DNA from: an uncultured Prolixibacteraceae bacterium
GTDB taxonomy: Bacteria; Bacteroidota; Bacteroidia; Bacteroidales; FEN-979
Assembly (NCBI GenBank): GCA_964429135.1
Contig: CAYSAU010000017.1
Location: 23,538-55,537 of the forward strand
Direction: 5' to 3'
Length of the DNA stretch: 32,000 bases
Within the stretch, counting starts at the first letter, position 1, and each line of letters starts with the position of its first letter. Positions 8,075-16,664 of the stretch are shown piece after piece. The notes under the pieces were generated by a model, which saw nothing but the letters and a program-made list of their open reading frames with translations, was not told the DNA's origin and made no database searches. Made by a program: the position numbers and the translations under genes.

Positions 8075-8842
8075 ATGAAAAAATCAATCGGTTTTATCGG
8101 CTGCGGGAGAGTTACCCGGATTATTCTGCAAGCTTTTCAGAACAAAGGGTTTACTACCCTTAAAGTCGTGGTGAGCGATACCAACAATGATGTGACTGCA
8201 AACCTTCAGCGCCTGTTCCCGTTTATTACCATTGCACCGGCTGAAGAGGCTGCGAAACAGTCAATTCTCTTCATCGCGCTGCACCCTCCGGTCATCATGG
8301 AAACCTTGGATAAATTAAAAGGGTTTATTTCCCCGGATGCCATTGTGATCTCCCTTGCCCCGAAGATCACCATCGAAATGATCTCTGGAAAATTGAACGG
8401 GTTGATTAAGGTAGCCAGGCTAATCCCCAATGCCACTTCAGTGATCAACGAAGGCTTCAATCCCGTTGCCTTTTCCAAAGGCTTCACGCCTAAGGAGGAT
8501 ATCCTTGACCTTTTGAGATTACTGGGCGATACTTTTGAAACAGAGGAATCCAAACTGGAAGCCTATGCCATCGTCTCTGCCATGTTGCCCACTTATTTCT
8601 GGTTTCAATGGCAGGAGTGTGTGAAGATTGGTGAACAGATTGGTTTGACAGGCGAAGAGTCGCGCCAGGCAGTAGCCGCAACCCTGGATAAAGCGATACA
8701 AACCTTGTTTTCATCTGGAATGACCTGCGATCAGGTCATCGATCTGATCCCGGTAAAGCCCCTCGGGGAGTACGAGAGGCAGATCAGAGAGATTTTCAAC
8801 ACAAAACTGATTGGTTTATTTGAAAAAATTCAACCAAAATGA
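8075..8842 (+). CDS. Pyrroline-5-carboxylate-reductase-like NAD(P)-binding oxidoreductase (non-canonical)
   Basis: N-terminal Rossmann motif MKKSIGFIGCGRVTRII and a P5CR-like length (255 aa). I cannot find the ProC C-terminal S/T-P-G-G-T-T signature. The stop overlaps the next start (ATGA at 8839..8842). Confidence 0.65.
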   Translation: MKKSIGFIGCGRVTRIILQAFQNKGFTTLKVVVSDTNNDVTANLQRLFPFITIAPAEEAAKQSILFIALHPPVIMETLDKLKGFISPDAIVISLAPKITIEMISGKLNGLIKVARLIPNATSVINEGFNPVAFSKGFTPKEDILDLLRLLGDTFETEESKLEAYAIVSAMLPTYFWFQWQECVKIGEQIGLTGEESRQAVAATLDKAIQTLFSSGMTCDQVIDLIPVKPLGEYERQIREIFNTKLIGLFEKIQPK

Positions 8843-11304
8843 AAATATATCTTCTGAGTAGTTTGGTGCTGCTGGCTGTCTTTTTGGCTTTCATGATGAC
8901 TATGCATCAGGAGAAGCGTAGCCCTGTGTCTGATCGTAACCTCATCACCAAAACAGGTGTTTGCCCTCCATTTTATCTCTATGCTGAAGACGGCAGTCTG
9001 ATCGATCCTGTTCACAACATCAATGCCCAAGTGCCCTATTCTCCGAAACAGACCTGCGGGAAATGCCATGATTATAGTAAAATCACCAAAGGGTTTCATT
9101 TTCAGCAGGGGAAAGATGAAATGGCTTACGGAGCCTATGCCGAACGCTATCAATGGGTAACCACACCGGGGAACTATGGCGGTAACTGGTGTTCACCGGC
9201 TCCGCTTTACAATTATCTGTCCCCTAAGGATAATCCATCGGCAAAAGAGATGGATATGACCTCCTTTTCTTTTATCACCAGTGGTTGCGGAACATGCCAT
9301 CCGGGAGGAGGCTCATTTGAATTCGACCGTAACGGAAAACGTTATCCGGAAGCGATGAAAGAACTTGGTTATTCAGCCGGTGGGATAAATAATTTTGACG
9401 GAGATTATTACCAGGCACATTGGGATAAGAGTGGGGTAGGGGAAGGCGACTGCATGCTTTGTCATTTACCTGAATACGATTTCAAAGGCCGGAATACTCA
9501 TTTACTGAAATGGAACTTTGCCTGGATGTCCACAGTCGGATCGGGATTGGCATCCGTTTCCGGATCTGTCAAAGACTCGGTTCCGGTAACCGTTAGTTAT
9601 GACGTGTCGAAGTTCGGCAAGGACGGAAAGCTTTCCATGCACTTGTTGCGGGAACCCCGTAATGAAACCTGCCTGAACTGTCATGCCAAACCACAGTGGA
9701 AAAAGCGGGGAGCCTCTTTTTCAGCTACTACCGATGTCCATATGGCTAAAGGAATGAAGTGCGTGGATTGTCATCCAGCCGGCTCCATGTCTACAGATGA
9801 ACGGATTAAAGGGAAAGAGATTCACCAGTTTGGAAAAGGCGACGACCCCGGAGGACATGTTCGGGATGATCTCGACAACACGATGCGGACATGTAAAGAC
9901 TGCCATCTCACCGGGTATCTGAACGCTCCGATTGCCAACCATTCTTGGCTTCCCGCCTTCCACCTGGAGGAGCTCTCCTGCCAGGCCTGCCATATCCCGG
10001 AACGCAGGGTTAAAGCGGCATTGGTACAAGTCAGCGATGTGTACAATCCCGGGACAAAAATTTCACCCCCGGCAAAGTATATCTGGACCTTTTATGATCA
10101 ACAGATGAATTACTGGAATCATTACGGTGAGCTATCCATGTTTACGTACATGGACCAGCCATCCGATCCTTTTATACCGCAATATGCGCAATATAAGGAA
10201 CAGATCTTCCCGGTGAATCCGGTTCATAGCGCCTGGCCGGGGATTTTTACCCCTGGAAAAGCAGGCTTACACCAGCCTAGGATGAAGGATGTCTATGACA
10301 TGTGGACCAAACACCGGAAGGATCAGACCGCTTTCCCGGAACTCGCCCTGATCAGAGATGACAACGGTGACAGCATCCCGGAAGTTAACCGGCCGGAAGA
10401 AATCGATGCCCTGATACACTCCCTTAGCGGTTACCTTTCCAGCATCGGATACAACCTAACCGCCCGAAAGGTGGTTTGGGTGAACAACGACAGGATGTAT
10501 ACGAACGGCAACTCCTATAAAATGTTGGACAAAGAGGATTGGGAATCCTCTCCATACGCCTCTGTATACAAATACAACCACGATGTAGCTCCCGCCAAGG
10601 CGGGACTGGGAATCAAAGGGTGCACGGAATGTCATTCCTTTACCTCCGCTATGTTTTACGCTCAGGTCGTTAAATATCCATTTGGTGAAAACGGAGCTCC
10701 TGTGCTTGAACCTCAGTACAAACGAATGGGAATGAACGGTTTTTTCGTCTGGATGTCGGCTTTCCGCGAACAGATCCTTAAATCGGTTGAATATCCCGCT
10801 TTTATGCTCCTGTTCATACTGATCGTACTTTCCATCCTGATGAAGGTAAATCAAACGCAAGGTTATATAAAGATCACATCCGTCACCAGGTGGATCATCT
10901 GTGGCATTGCATTTACCGGTTTTCTTTTTGTTTATTACCAACCAGAACTGAACAGTTACATCCTTCCTGAACGGATGTGGCTGGATAAAAATCATTTCTG
11001 GATCAGCGGACTGGCGATCCTGATTGGGATCTATACCTGTCTGGTGATGCGAAAGGCCGGCATAAAGTCTGGATGGTTATACCATCTCCAAAACATCAGC
11101 ATCTGTATGGCCGTTGTTTCTGGGTTCTTGATGGTGATACGCTTTGAGGCGATTGAGCTTCTGGTGAAAGTGGCTTATACAATGTTTGACCTGGGTATTG
11201 TCGTCTCCATCCTGCTAGCTATGATCTGTTTCCTTCGTAATCTGGCTAACTTTCAGAACGACAATTTCCAACTCTTTCCTATGTTTACCTTTCCGGAAAA
11301 TTAA
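8839..11304 (+). CDS. Octahaem c-type cytochrome with a C-terminal five-helix membrane domain
   Basis: 821 aa with an N-terminal signal/anchor (LLSSLVLLAVFLAFMM). Eight CxxCH motifs are present: CGKCH (aa 73-77, nt 9055..9069), CGTCH (150), CMLCH (205), CLNCH (278), CVDCH (308), CKDCH (352), CQACH (381) and CTECH (595). Five hydrophobic helices span roughly aa 652-799. Confidence 0.85.
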   Translation: MKIYLLSSLVLLAVFLAFMMTMHQEKRSPVSDRNLITKTGVCPPFYLYAEDGSLIDPVHNINAQVPYSPKQTCGKCHDYSKITKGFHFQQGKDEMAYGAYAERYQWVTTPGNYGGNWCSPAPLYNYLSPKDNPSAKEMDMTSFSFITSGCGTCHPGGGSFEFDRNGKRYPEAMKELGYSAGGINNFDGDYYQAHWDKSGVGEGDCMLCHLPEYDFKGRNTHLLKWNFAWMSTVGSGLASVSGSVKDSVPVTVSYDVSKFGKDGKLSMHLLREPRNETCLNCHAKPQWKKRGASFSATTDVHMAKGMKCVDCHPAGSMSTDERIKGKEIHQFGKGDDPGGHVRDDLDNTMRTCKDCHLTGYLNAPIANHSWLPAFHLEELSCQACHIPERRVKAALVQVSDVYNPGTKISPPAKYIWTFYDQQMNYWNHYGELSMFTYMDQPSDPFIPQYAQYKEQIFPVNPVHSAWPGIFTPGKAGLHQPRMKDVYDMWTKHRKDQTAFPELALIRDDNGDSIPEVNRPEEIDALIHSLSGYLSSIGYNLTARKVVWVNNDRMYTNGNSYKMLDKEDWESSPYASVYKYNHDVAPAKAGLGIKGCTECHSFTSAMFYAQVVKYPFGENGAPVLEPQYKRMGMNGFFVWMSAFREQILKSVEYPAFMLLFILIVLSILMKVNQTQGYIKITSVTRWIICGIAFTGFLFVYYQPELNSYILPERMWLDKNHFWISGLAILIGIYTCLVMRKAGIKSGWLYHLQNISICMAVVSGFLMVIRFEAIELLVKVAYTMFDLGIVVSILLAMICFLRNLANFQNDNFQLFPMFTFPEN

Positions 11305-11347
11305 ACTGTTTCTTTTGATCATGGCTTGTTTCATTCTTGACACATCC

Positions 11348-13735
11348 TTACTGTCCCACTCTGATCAGCCCTTCCTCTGACTCAGAGGTCGTTGGTTTTT
11401 TCACTTTTTGCTGGGTTTGAGCATGCATCGACCAGGAGAGACCAACCCAAAGAACCCTGGAATCGGTCTTGCTCGTATTATGGAGCGTAAACTGCTCGTT
11501 TGTGGTTTCGATAATCCATCTGCGGCTGTTGAAGATATCCGAAAGGGTGAGTGATAAGGTGAATTTCTTGTCAAAAAAGGATTGCCTAACACTCAAATCT
11601 GTAGTATGGATCCCGTGCAGAAAAAACTCAGGCAGGTCAGAGGGGGAACTGTAAGAAAAGGTTCCCAGGATTTCTCCCTGTTTCCAAGGGAAAAATGATG
11701 CTTTGATCGAAAAGCCCCAGGCAAAGCCTTCTGAAGAGAGATCTACCCCTTTAAAATTACCTGCTGATTTGCTATACCACACGGAGATCCCCGATTGAAC
11801 AGTCATCCATCTGCCAACATCAAGGGTTCCATCAATCCCTCCACCGATTTTTCGCAGCCAGTCGCCGTTGGCATAGGTAGTCACCAGGGTATCAGGCGGA
11901 ATCAGGTATGAAACCTGTACGATGAAATTCCGGGCATCGCTGTAGTACAGCTGACTTAACAAGCGGAAGTTTTTTGTAGAATAGCTGTGGCTGAACTCAA
12001 CTTTGCTGGTTAGTTCCGGGTTGAGGTTCTTGTTCCCTGTTTCCACCGTTTTTTCATCAATCACGTTGATGTAGGGATTCAACTGGGGATAGGTCGGACG
12101 GGTTACGCGCCTTGTATATCCCAATGAGAGGTTTTGGGTGGGTGAAAGTGACAGGGAGAGCTCCAGAAAAGGGAATGGGAAGAAATACTCCGCAAAAAGG
12201 TTCTCGCCTGTCGTGTTCTGATGAAGATTTCGGGTATTGTATTCCAGCCGGATGCCTGCTTTCCAGAAGAGTCTGCCGAAAAGACTGTCGGAAGCCATGG
12301 CATATCCGGCATAAATGTACTCGTGTTGCTCCAGATCGTTGGAATAAGTGGGATTCAGGATCCAGGCACCTGAAAGTGTATCCAGGTTCCAGAAGTTGTA
12401 GGCAAATGAGTTCCATCGGGAAAAAAAACGTAATCCGGTTTCCAGTTTTCCCTTGCGGAACACCGGCCTGAGATAGTCAGCATGAATGGTCACATTGGTT
12501 GGGGCTCCTCCTCCCTCGGATTTCTGCAGGAGGCGATCCTCCAGGTAATAATCGGCAAAACGTGTTCCTTTGGTACGGGAGAAAAAGGTCTCTATGGAGA
12601 ATTCATGGCGGTTCCGGTCAAAAATATGCTTGTAGTTCAGTGAAACCTCCGCCATTGTCCGGGCATGAGTGATGTCGTTCCTACGATGAAGTCCGGTTAC
12701 TGTATCGGCTCCGGAAATCTGAGAGCCTTCCACCTGCTGGTCGTTCCTCAGGCTGGGAAAAGATAATTTTGCATCCAGCGATAACACATCCCGTTTCCCT
12801 GGTCTATATCCGGCTGATAGTGACACCTGCTGTGTCTCGCTGAAACGCCGGGTGTACATTGTCTGGTTCACCTTCTCCCCGGATGCTAAAAAAGTGCGGT
12901 TGAGCGAACTGCTGATCTGCTGGGGGTCGTATCGGCCGGTATATCTGATACCGACATCCCAGACCGCGTTGGCAAATGAAAATGCTGCTCCTCCATTGAC
13001 CTTATTGGAAATCCCCCAGTTCAGGTTGGCTGACCCGGAAATCCCGGAAGCTTTGCGCTGTTTGGTTACAATGTTGACGATGCCACCGGTTCCTTCGGCA
13101 TCGTAGGCGGCATCCGGACTGGTGATCAGTTCGATGTTGCTGACCTGGGAGGCCGGGATTGCATCAAGTGCCGATAGGGTAGTGGGTCGACCGTCAAGAA
13201 GCACCAGGATGTTTTTATTTCCCCTTAGGTAGATATGGTCGTTGTGATCGATGGTGACTGCCGGTTGACTCTTCAGCACATCCAGGATATTACCGGAAGC
13301 AGATCCCGCACTTTTGGCAACTTGGATGGTGGTCTTTTCGACTGTGGTCTCCTGCTCCCTGACCCTTCCCACTACCTGTAATTCGTTCAGAGAAACCGAG
13401 GAAAGACTTAGCCCGATGGGATCAGGAAGATGATATAATCTTCCCAGAAGCCGAACCGGTACATAGGCATGGTTATACCCAACAAAACTGCAACGCAGCA
13501 GGTAATCACCCGGTGTGACTCCGAAAATCCGGAATTCTCCCTTTTGCGTAGTGACCACACCGGTAACCAGCGCGGTGTCGGTAGTCCGGCATAAAACCAC
13601 ACTGACATATTCAAGTGGTTGACTGGTTAAGGAATCGATCACTATTCCTGAAAAAACAACCGTTTCCGGTTTTTGAGAAAAGGCATAAGGAAGATAATGA
13701 AAGAAAATTAAACAAAGGAGGAAAAAAAACTTCAT
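11348..13735 (-). CDS. TonB-dependent receptor-like outer-membrane beta-barrel with an N-terminal CarboxypepD_reg domain
   Basis: 795 aa with signal peptide MKFFFLLCLIFFHYLPYAFS. A carboxypeptidase-regulatory-like domain follows (GIVIDSLTSQPLEYVSVVL...GEFRIFGVTPGDYLLRCSFVGY), then a plug-like region. The long barrel has alternating beta-strand patterns and an aromatic C-terminal region (VLWVGLSWSM). Confidence 0.85.
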   Translation of the reverse strand: MKFFFLLCLIFFHYLPYAFSQKPETVVFSGIVIDSLTSQPLEYVSVVLCRTTDTALVTGVVTTQKGEFRIFGVTPGDYLLRCSFVGYNHAYVPVRLLGRLYHLPDPIGLSLSSVSLNELQVVGRVREQETTVEKTTIQVAKSAGSASGNILDVLKSQPAVTIDHNDHIYLRGNKNILVLLDGRPTTLSALDAIPASQVSNIELITSPDAAYDAEGTGGIVNIVTKQRKASGISGSANLNWGISNKVNGGAAFSFANAVWDVGIRYTGRYDPQQISSSLNRTFLASGEKVNQTMYTRRFSETQQVSLSAGYRPGKRDVLSLDAKLSFPSLRNDQQVEGSQISGADTVTGLHRRNDITHARTMAEVSLNYKHIFDRNRHEFSIETFFSRTKGTRFADYYLEDRLLQKSEGGGAPTNVTIHADYLRPVFRKGKLETGLRFFSRWNSFAYNFWNLDTLSGAWILNPTYSNDLEQHEYIYAGYAMASDSLFGRLFWKAGIRLEYNTRNLHQNTTGENLFAEYFFPFPFLELSLSLSPTQNLSLGYTRRVTRPTYPQLNPYINVIDEKTVETGNKNLNPELTSKVEFSHSYSTKNFRLLSQLYYSDARNFIVQVSYLIPPDTLVTTYANGDWLRKIGGGIDGTLDVGRWMTVQSGISVWYSKSAGNFKGVDLSSEGFAWGFSIKASFFPWKQGEILGTFSYSSPSDLPEFFLHGIHTTDLSVRQSFFDKKFTLSLTLSDIFNSRRWIIETTNEQFTLHNTSKTDSRVLWVGLSWSMHAQTQQKVKKPTTSESEEGLIRVGQ

Positions 13736-13812
13736 ATCAGTTAGACACCTTACGAGCAGAAAACTTTCGTCACAGAAAAAACAAAAAATAAATGAAATTA
13801 TTGTTAAATTTT

Positions 13813-13859
13813 AACGTAAAAATACGTCATTATAAAAACCAACGTATATTTGCGTCATT
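13813..13859 (+). promoter_or_regulatory. arsR2 promoter region: two 19-bp direct repeats, each containing ACGT-N7-(A/G)CGT; the second overlaps a -7 box
   Basis: AACGTAAAAATACGTCATT (13813..13831) and AACGTATATTTGCGTCATT (13841..13859) are identical at 15 of 19 positions. TATATTTG at 13845..13852 fits TAnnTTTG and lies 30 nt upstream of the ATG at 13883. Confidence 0.5.
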
Positions 13860-13863
13860 CATT

Positions 13864-13879
13864 TTCAAATTTTCAAATC
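13864..13879 (+). repeat. 16-nt element TTCAAATTTTCAAATC, copy 1 (3 nt before the arsR2 ATG)
   Basis: Exact 16-mer shared with 15549..15564. It is itself a tandem TTTCAAAT duplication. Confidence 0.6.
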
Positions 13880-13882
13880 GAC

Positions 13883-14218
13883 ATGGTTGCAGCTAAAACA
13901 GGACTATTCGACCAAGATCTTAAAACCAGTGCTACTTTCTTCAAAGCATTGGGTCACCCAGCCCGTCTGACTATCCTGAAATATCTGGGTGGAATGCAAA
14001 TGTGCATGACCGGTGACATCTGCGATGAGTTGCCCCTGAGCAGAACCACCGTGATGCAGCACCTGAAAGCGTTGAAAAAAGCCGGACTGATTCAGGGAAC
14101 GGTAGAAGGTACGCGGGTGAACTATTGCCTGAACCCCTGTGCCATCAAAGATCTCAAAAAAATATCCAATGACTTGTTACTTGAACTGAACATTTCGGGA
14201 AACAACACATGTCACTAA
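13883..14218 (+). CDS. arsR: ArsR/SmtB family metalloregulator (paralog 2)
   Basis: HTH core GHPARLTILKYL...LSRTTVMQHLKALKKAGLI. Cysteines in MCMTGDICDEL occupy the position of the As(III) site. Start is assigned to ATG 13883. This is the first gene of arsR-arsC-arsM-acr3. Confidence 0.85.
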   Translation: MVAAKTGLFDQDLKTSATFFKALGHPARLTILKYLGGMQMCMTGDICDELPLSRTTVMQHLKALKKAGLIQGTVEGTRVNYCLNPCAIKDLKKISNDLLLELNISGNNTCH

Positions 14219-14244
14219 TCATCAACAGATTAAAATATAAATAC

Positions 14245-14664
14245 ATGACGAAAATTCTTATACTTTGTACCGGGAACTCTTGTCGAAGCCAGATGGCCGA
14301 AGGGTTTCTGAAATCATTTGACCCTTCGCTGGAGGTCTTTTCAGCCGGTACCCATCCAGCTTCTAAACCTAATCCGTATGCGGTGGAGGTCATGCGGGAA
14401 GCAGGCATCGATATCTCATCCAACCAACCTAAAAACGTTGGTTTGTTTGTGGATCAACCCTTTGATTATGTGATTACGGTATGCGATGGCGCCAAAGAGG
14501 TTTGCCCTCTTTTTACCGGTAAGGTTGAACACCGCCTCCACATCGGTTTTGAAGACCCAGCCGATGCTTGCGGAACCCGGGAAGAAATCTTATCGGTCTA
14601 TCGGAAAGTCAGGGATCAGATTCATGAACGGTTTTTGAAATTCTATCAGGATTTGAAAACTTAA
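14245..14664 (+). CDS. arsC: Arsenate reductase, LMW-PTP/thioredoxin-coupled type
   Basis: P-loop CTGNSCRS (CX5R-S, nt 14266..14289) in MTKILILCTGNSCRSQMAEG. The downstream Cys pair VCDGAKEVCP (spacing C-x6-C) matches the Cys82/Cys89 disulfide cascade of Trx-coupled ArsC. Start is assigned to ATG 14245. Confidence 0.9.
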   Translation: MTKILILCTGNSCRSQMAEGFLKSFDPSLEVFSAGTHPASKPNPYAVEVMREAGIDISSNQPKNVGLFVDQPFDYVITVCDGAKEVCPLFTGKVEHRLHIGFEDPADACGTREEILSVYRKVRDQIHERFLKFYQDLKT

Positions 14665-14685
14665 AGATTTGAAAATAAAAAAGTT

Positions 14686-15510
14686 ATGAAGAATAATAAA
14701 AAGAAGATCAATCTAAAAGAACTGGTACAAAAAAAATACAGCGAGATCGCCAATCAATCGAAAACCGCGAACCAGTCATCCTGCTGTGGGAGTGGACCCT
14801 GTTGCGGAGAAGCGGATTATACCGTGTTCAGCGACGATTATACCGGAAATGATGGGTATAACCCTGATGCCGATCTGGGACTTGGATGCGGGATCCCGAC
14901 AGATTTTGCCCAATTGAAACCTGGAGATCATGTTCTCGATCTGGGCAGCGGCGCCGGCAACGATTGTTTCGTGGCCCGCGCGCTGGTTGGGGATGCAGGC
15001 CACGTGATCGGCCTCGACTTCACTGATGCCATGATCGAAAAGGCCGGTGAAAACAACCGGAAGATGGGTTATGCCAATGTGGAATTTGCGAAAGGCGACA
15101 TTGAAGCGATGCCGTTTCCGGATAACCGCTTCGATGTGATCCTCTCCAACTGTGTACTGAATCTGGTCCCCGACAAAGGAAAAGCATTTGCCGAGATCTT
15201 CCGGGTACTGAAGTTCGGGGGACATTTCTGTATCTCCGATGTAGTTCTGAGGGGAGAACTGCCCGAAGCCCTGAAAAAAGATGCTGAACTATACGCCGGT
15301 TGCGTTTCCGGAGCCATCGACAGGGATCAATATACAGCCATTATCCGGAAAACAGGCTTCCTGGAGATCACTATTCATAAAGAAAAACCTATCAAACTTC
15401 CCGATACATTGCTGTCAAACTACCTCAGTGAAAAGGAAATAATTGATTTCAAGAAAGGCAAAACCGGCATCCTCAGCATCACAATCTCCGGAAGAAAATT
15501 TGAAAATTAA
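14686..15510 (+). CDS. arsM: Arsenite S-adenosylmethionine methyltransferase
   Basis: SAM-binding motif [14 protein letters not shown] Cys-rich N-terminus ([12 protein letters not shown]) is present. Conserved cysteines occur in [15 protein letters not shown] and YAGCVSGA, consistent with the ArsM As(III)-binding cysteines. Confidence 0.9.
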   Translation: MKNNKKKINLKELVQKKYSEIANQSKTANQSSCCGSGPCCGEADYTVFSDDYTGNDGYNPDADLGLGCGIPTDFAQLKPGDHVLDLGSGAGNDCFVARALVGDAGHVIGLDFTDAMIEKAGENNRKMGYANVEFAKGDIEAMPFPDNRFDVILSNCVLNLVPDKGKAFAEIFRVLKFGGHFCISDVVLRGELPEALKKDAELYAGCVSGAIDRDQYTAIIRKTGFLEITIHKEKPIKLPDTLLSNYLSEKEIIDFKKGKTGILSITISGRKFEN

Positions 15511-15548
15511 AAAATCATCAGCACCTCAAAATCAAAACACTAATAATC

Positions 15549-15564
15549 TTCAAATTTTCAAATC
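15549..15564 (+). repeat. 16-nt element TTCAAATTTTCAAATC, copy 2 (1 nt before the acr3 ATG)
   Basis: Exact match to 13864..13879. It lies in the 55-nt arsM-acr3 spacer. Confidence 0.6.
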
Positions 15565-15565
15565 A

Positions 15566-16624
15566 ATGAAGACTCAACTCAAAATCTTAGATAGATACCT
15601 GACCCTGTGGATTTTTCTCTCCATGTTTGTTGGCGTTTTTTCAGGGTATCTTTTTCCAGTCGTAGTGGATTTTTGGAACATGTTCAACTCCGGCACCACC
15701 AACATTCCCATCGCCATCGGACTCATTCTGATGATGTACCCTCCGTTGGCCAAGGTGAAGTATGAGGAGCTGGGGATGGTGTTCCGGAACGTCAAGGTTC
15801 TCGGGCTTTCCCTTATCCAGAACTGGATCGTGGGGCCTATATTGATGTTTACCCTGGCCATCGCATTCATCAAGCTCTTCCCTGGAGAAAATTATTCCAA
15901 CCTTCCGTATATGTACGGGATCATTCTGATCGGACTGGCCCGGTGCATTGCCATGGTGATCGTGTGGAACGAGCTGGCCAAAGGGGATACGGAGTATTGT
16001 GCCGGGTTGGTGGCCTTAAACTCCATTTTCCAGGTTCTTTTGTTCTCTGTCTATGCCTATCTGTTTATCGCCATCATGCCCGGATGGTTCGGTGTACCTA
16101 CCAATCCGATTGTAGAACAGATCACCATCGGCCAGATTGTCGAGAGCGTTTTCATCTATCTTGGGATCCCCTTTATTGCCGGCTTCCTAACCCGGTTTAT
16201 CCTCATCCGGGTTAAAGACAAAACCTGGTACCATACGAAATTCATTCCGAAAATCAGTCCGCTCACCCTCATCGCCCTGCTGTTCACGATCGTGGTGATG
16301 TTCAGTCTCAAAGGGGAGTACATCGTCAAGCTACCGCTGGATGTAGTGATGATTGCCATTCCCCTTATCCTTTATTTTCTGATCATGTTCCTGTTCTCCT
16401 TCTGGATGAGCAAAAAGGCGGGTGCAAACTACCCTCAATCGGCTACTTTGTCGTTCACCGCTGCCAGCAACAATTTTGAGTTGGCTATAGCCGTAGCCAT
16501 CGCTATTTTCGGGATCACCTCCGGCGAAGCCTTTGCCGCCGTGATCGGCCCCCTGGTCGAAGTCCCCGTGATGCTGGGGTTGGTTAGTCTGGCTTTCTGG
16601 TTCAAAAAGAAATACTTTACCTGA
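15566..16624 (+). CDS. acr3: ACR3 family arsenite efflux transporter
   Basis: [17 protein letters not shown]... is a typical Acr3 N-terminus. The protein has about 10 TM helices and the conserved Cys in [15 protein letters not shown]. The track ORF start at 15443 would overlap arsM by 68 nt with a low-complexity extension, so ATG 15566 is preferred. Confidence 0.9.
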   Translation: MKTQLKILDRYLTLWIFLSMFVGVFSGYLFPVVVDFWNMFNSGTTNIPIAIGLILMMYPPLAKVKYEELGMVFRNVKVLGLSLIQNWIVGPILMFTLAIAFIKLFPGENYSNLPYMYGIILIGLARCIAMVIVWNELAKGDTEYCAGLVALNSIFQVLLFSVYAYLFIAIMPGWFGVPTNPIVEQITIGQIVESVFIYLGIPFIAGFLTRFILIRVKDKTWYHTKFIPKISPLTLIALLFTIVVMFSLKGEYIVKLPLDVVMIAIPLILYFLIMFLFSFWMSKKAGANYPQSATLSFTAASNNFELAIAVAIAIFGITSGEAFAAVIGPLVEVPVMLGLVSLAFWFKKKYFT

Positions 16625-16664
16625 CCTTAACAAACGGTGACATAGACAAACCAGACGTGGAATG

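Noticed and set aside
8075-8842. Calling the 255-aa Rossmann protein canonical proC
   Set aside because: I could not find the C-terminal PGGTT-type ProC signature. In addition, the gene is start/stop-overlapped with a cytochrome gene, so it is called only P5CR-like.
10990-11090. His719 and His749 of the cytochrome C-terminal membrane domain as b-haem ligands
   Set aside because: By simple topology they sit on opposite membrane faces and do not form a bis-His pair. This cannot be supported from sequence alone.
4207-15225. Long antisense or alternative-frame ORFs inside confident genes (4207..4590 -, 7035..7436 -, 10456..10995 -, 12057..12471 both strands, 14776..15225 -)
   Set aside because: Each lies entirely within a gene that has strong family motifs on the other strand or frame. 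The translations lack motifs and have skewed composition typical of shadow ORFs.
15443-15565. N-terminal extension of the acr3 ORF ([11 protein letters not shown]...)
   Set aside because: It would overlap arsM by 68 nt and is low-complexity. The conserved Acr3 N-terminus ([17 protein letters not shown]) begins at ATG 15566.
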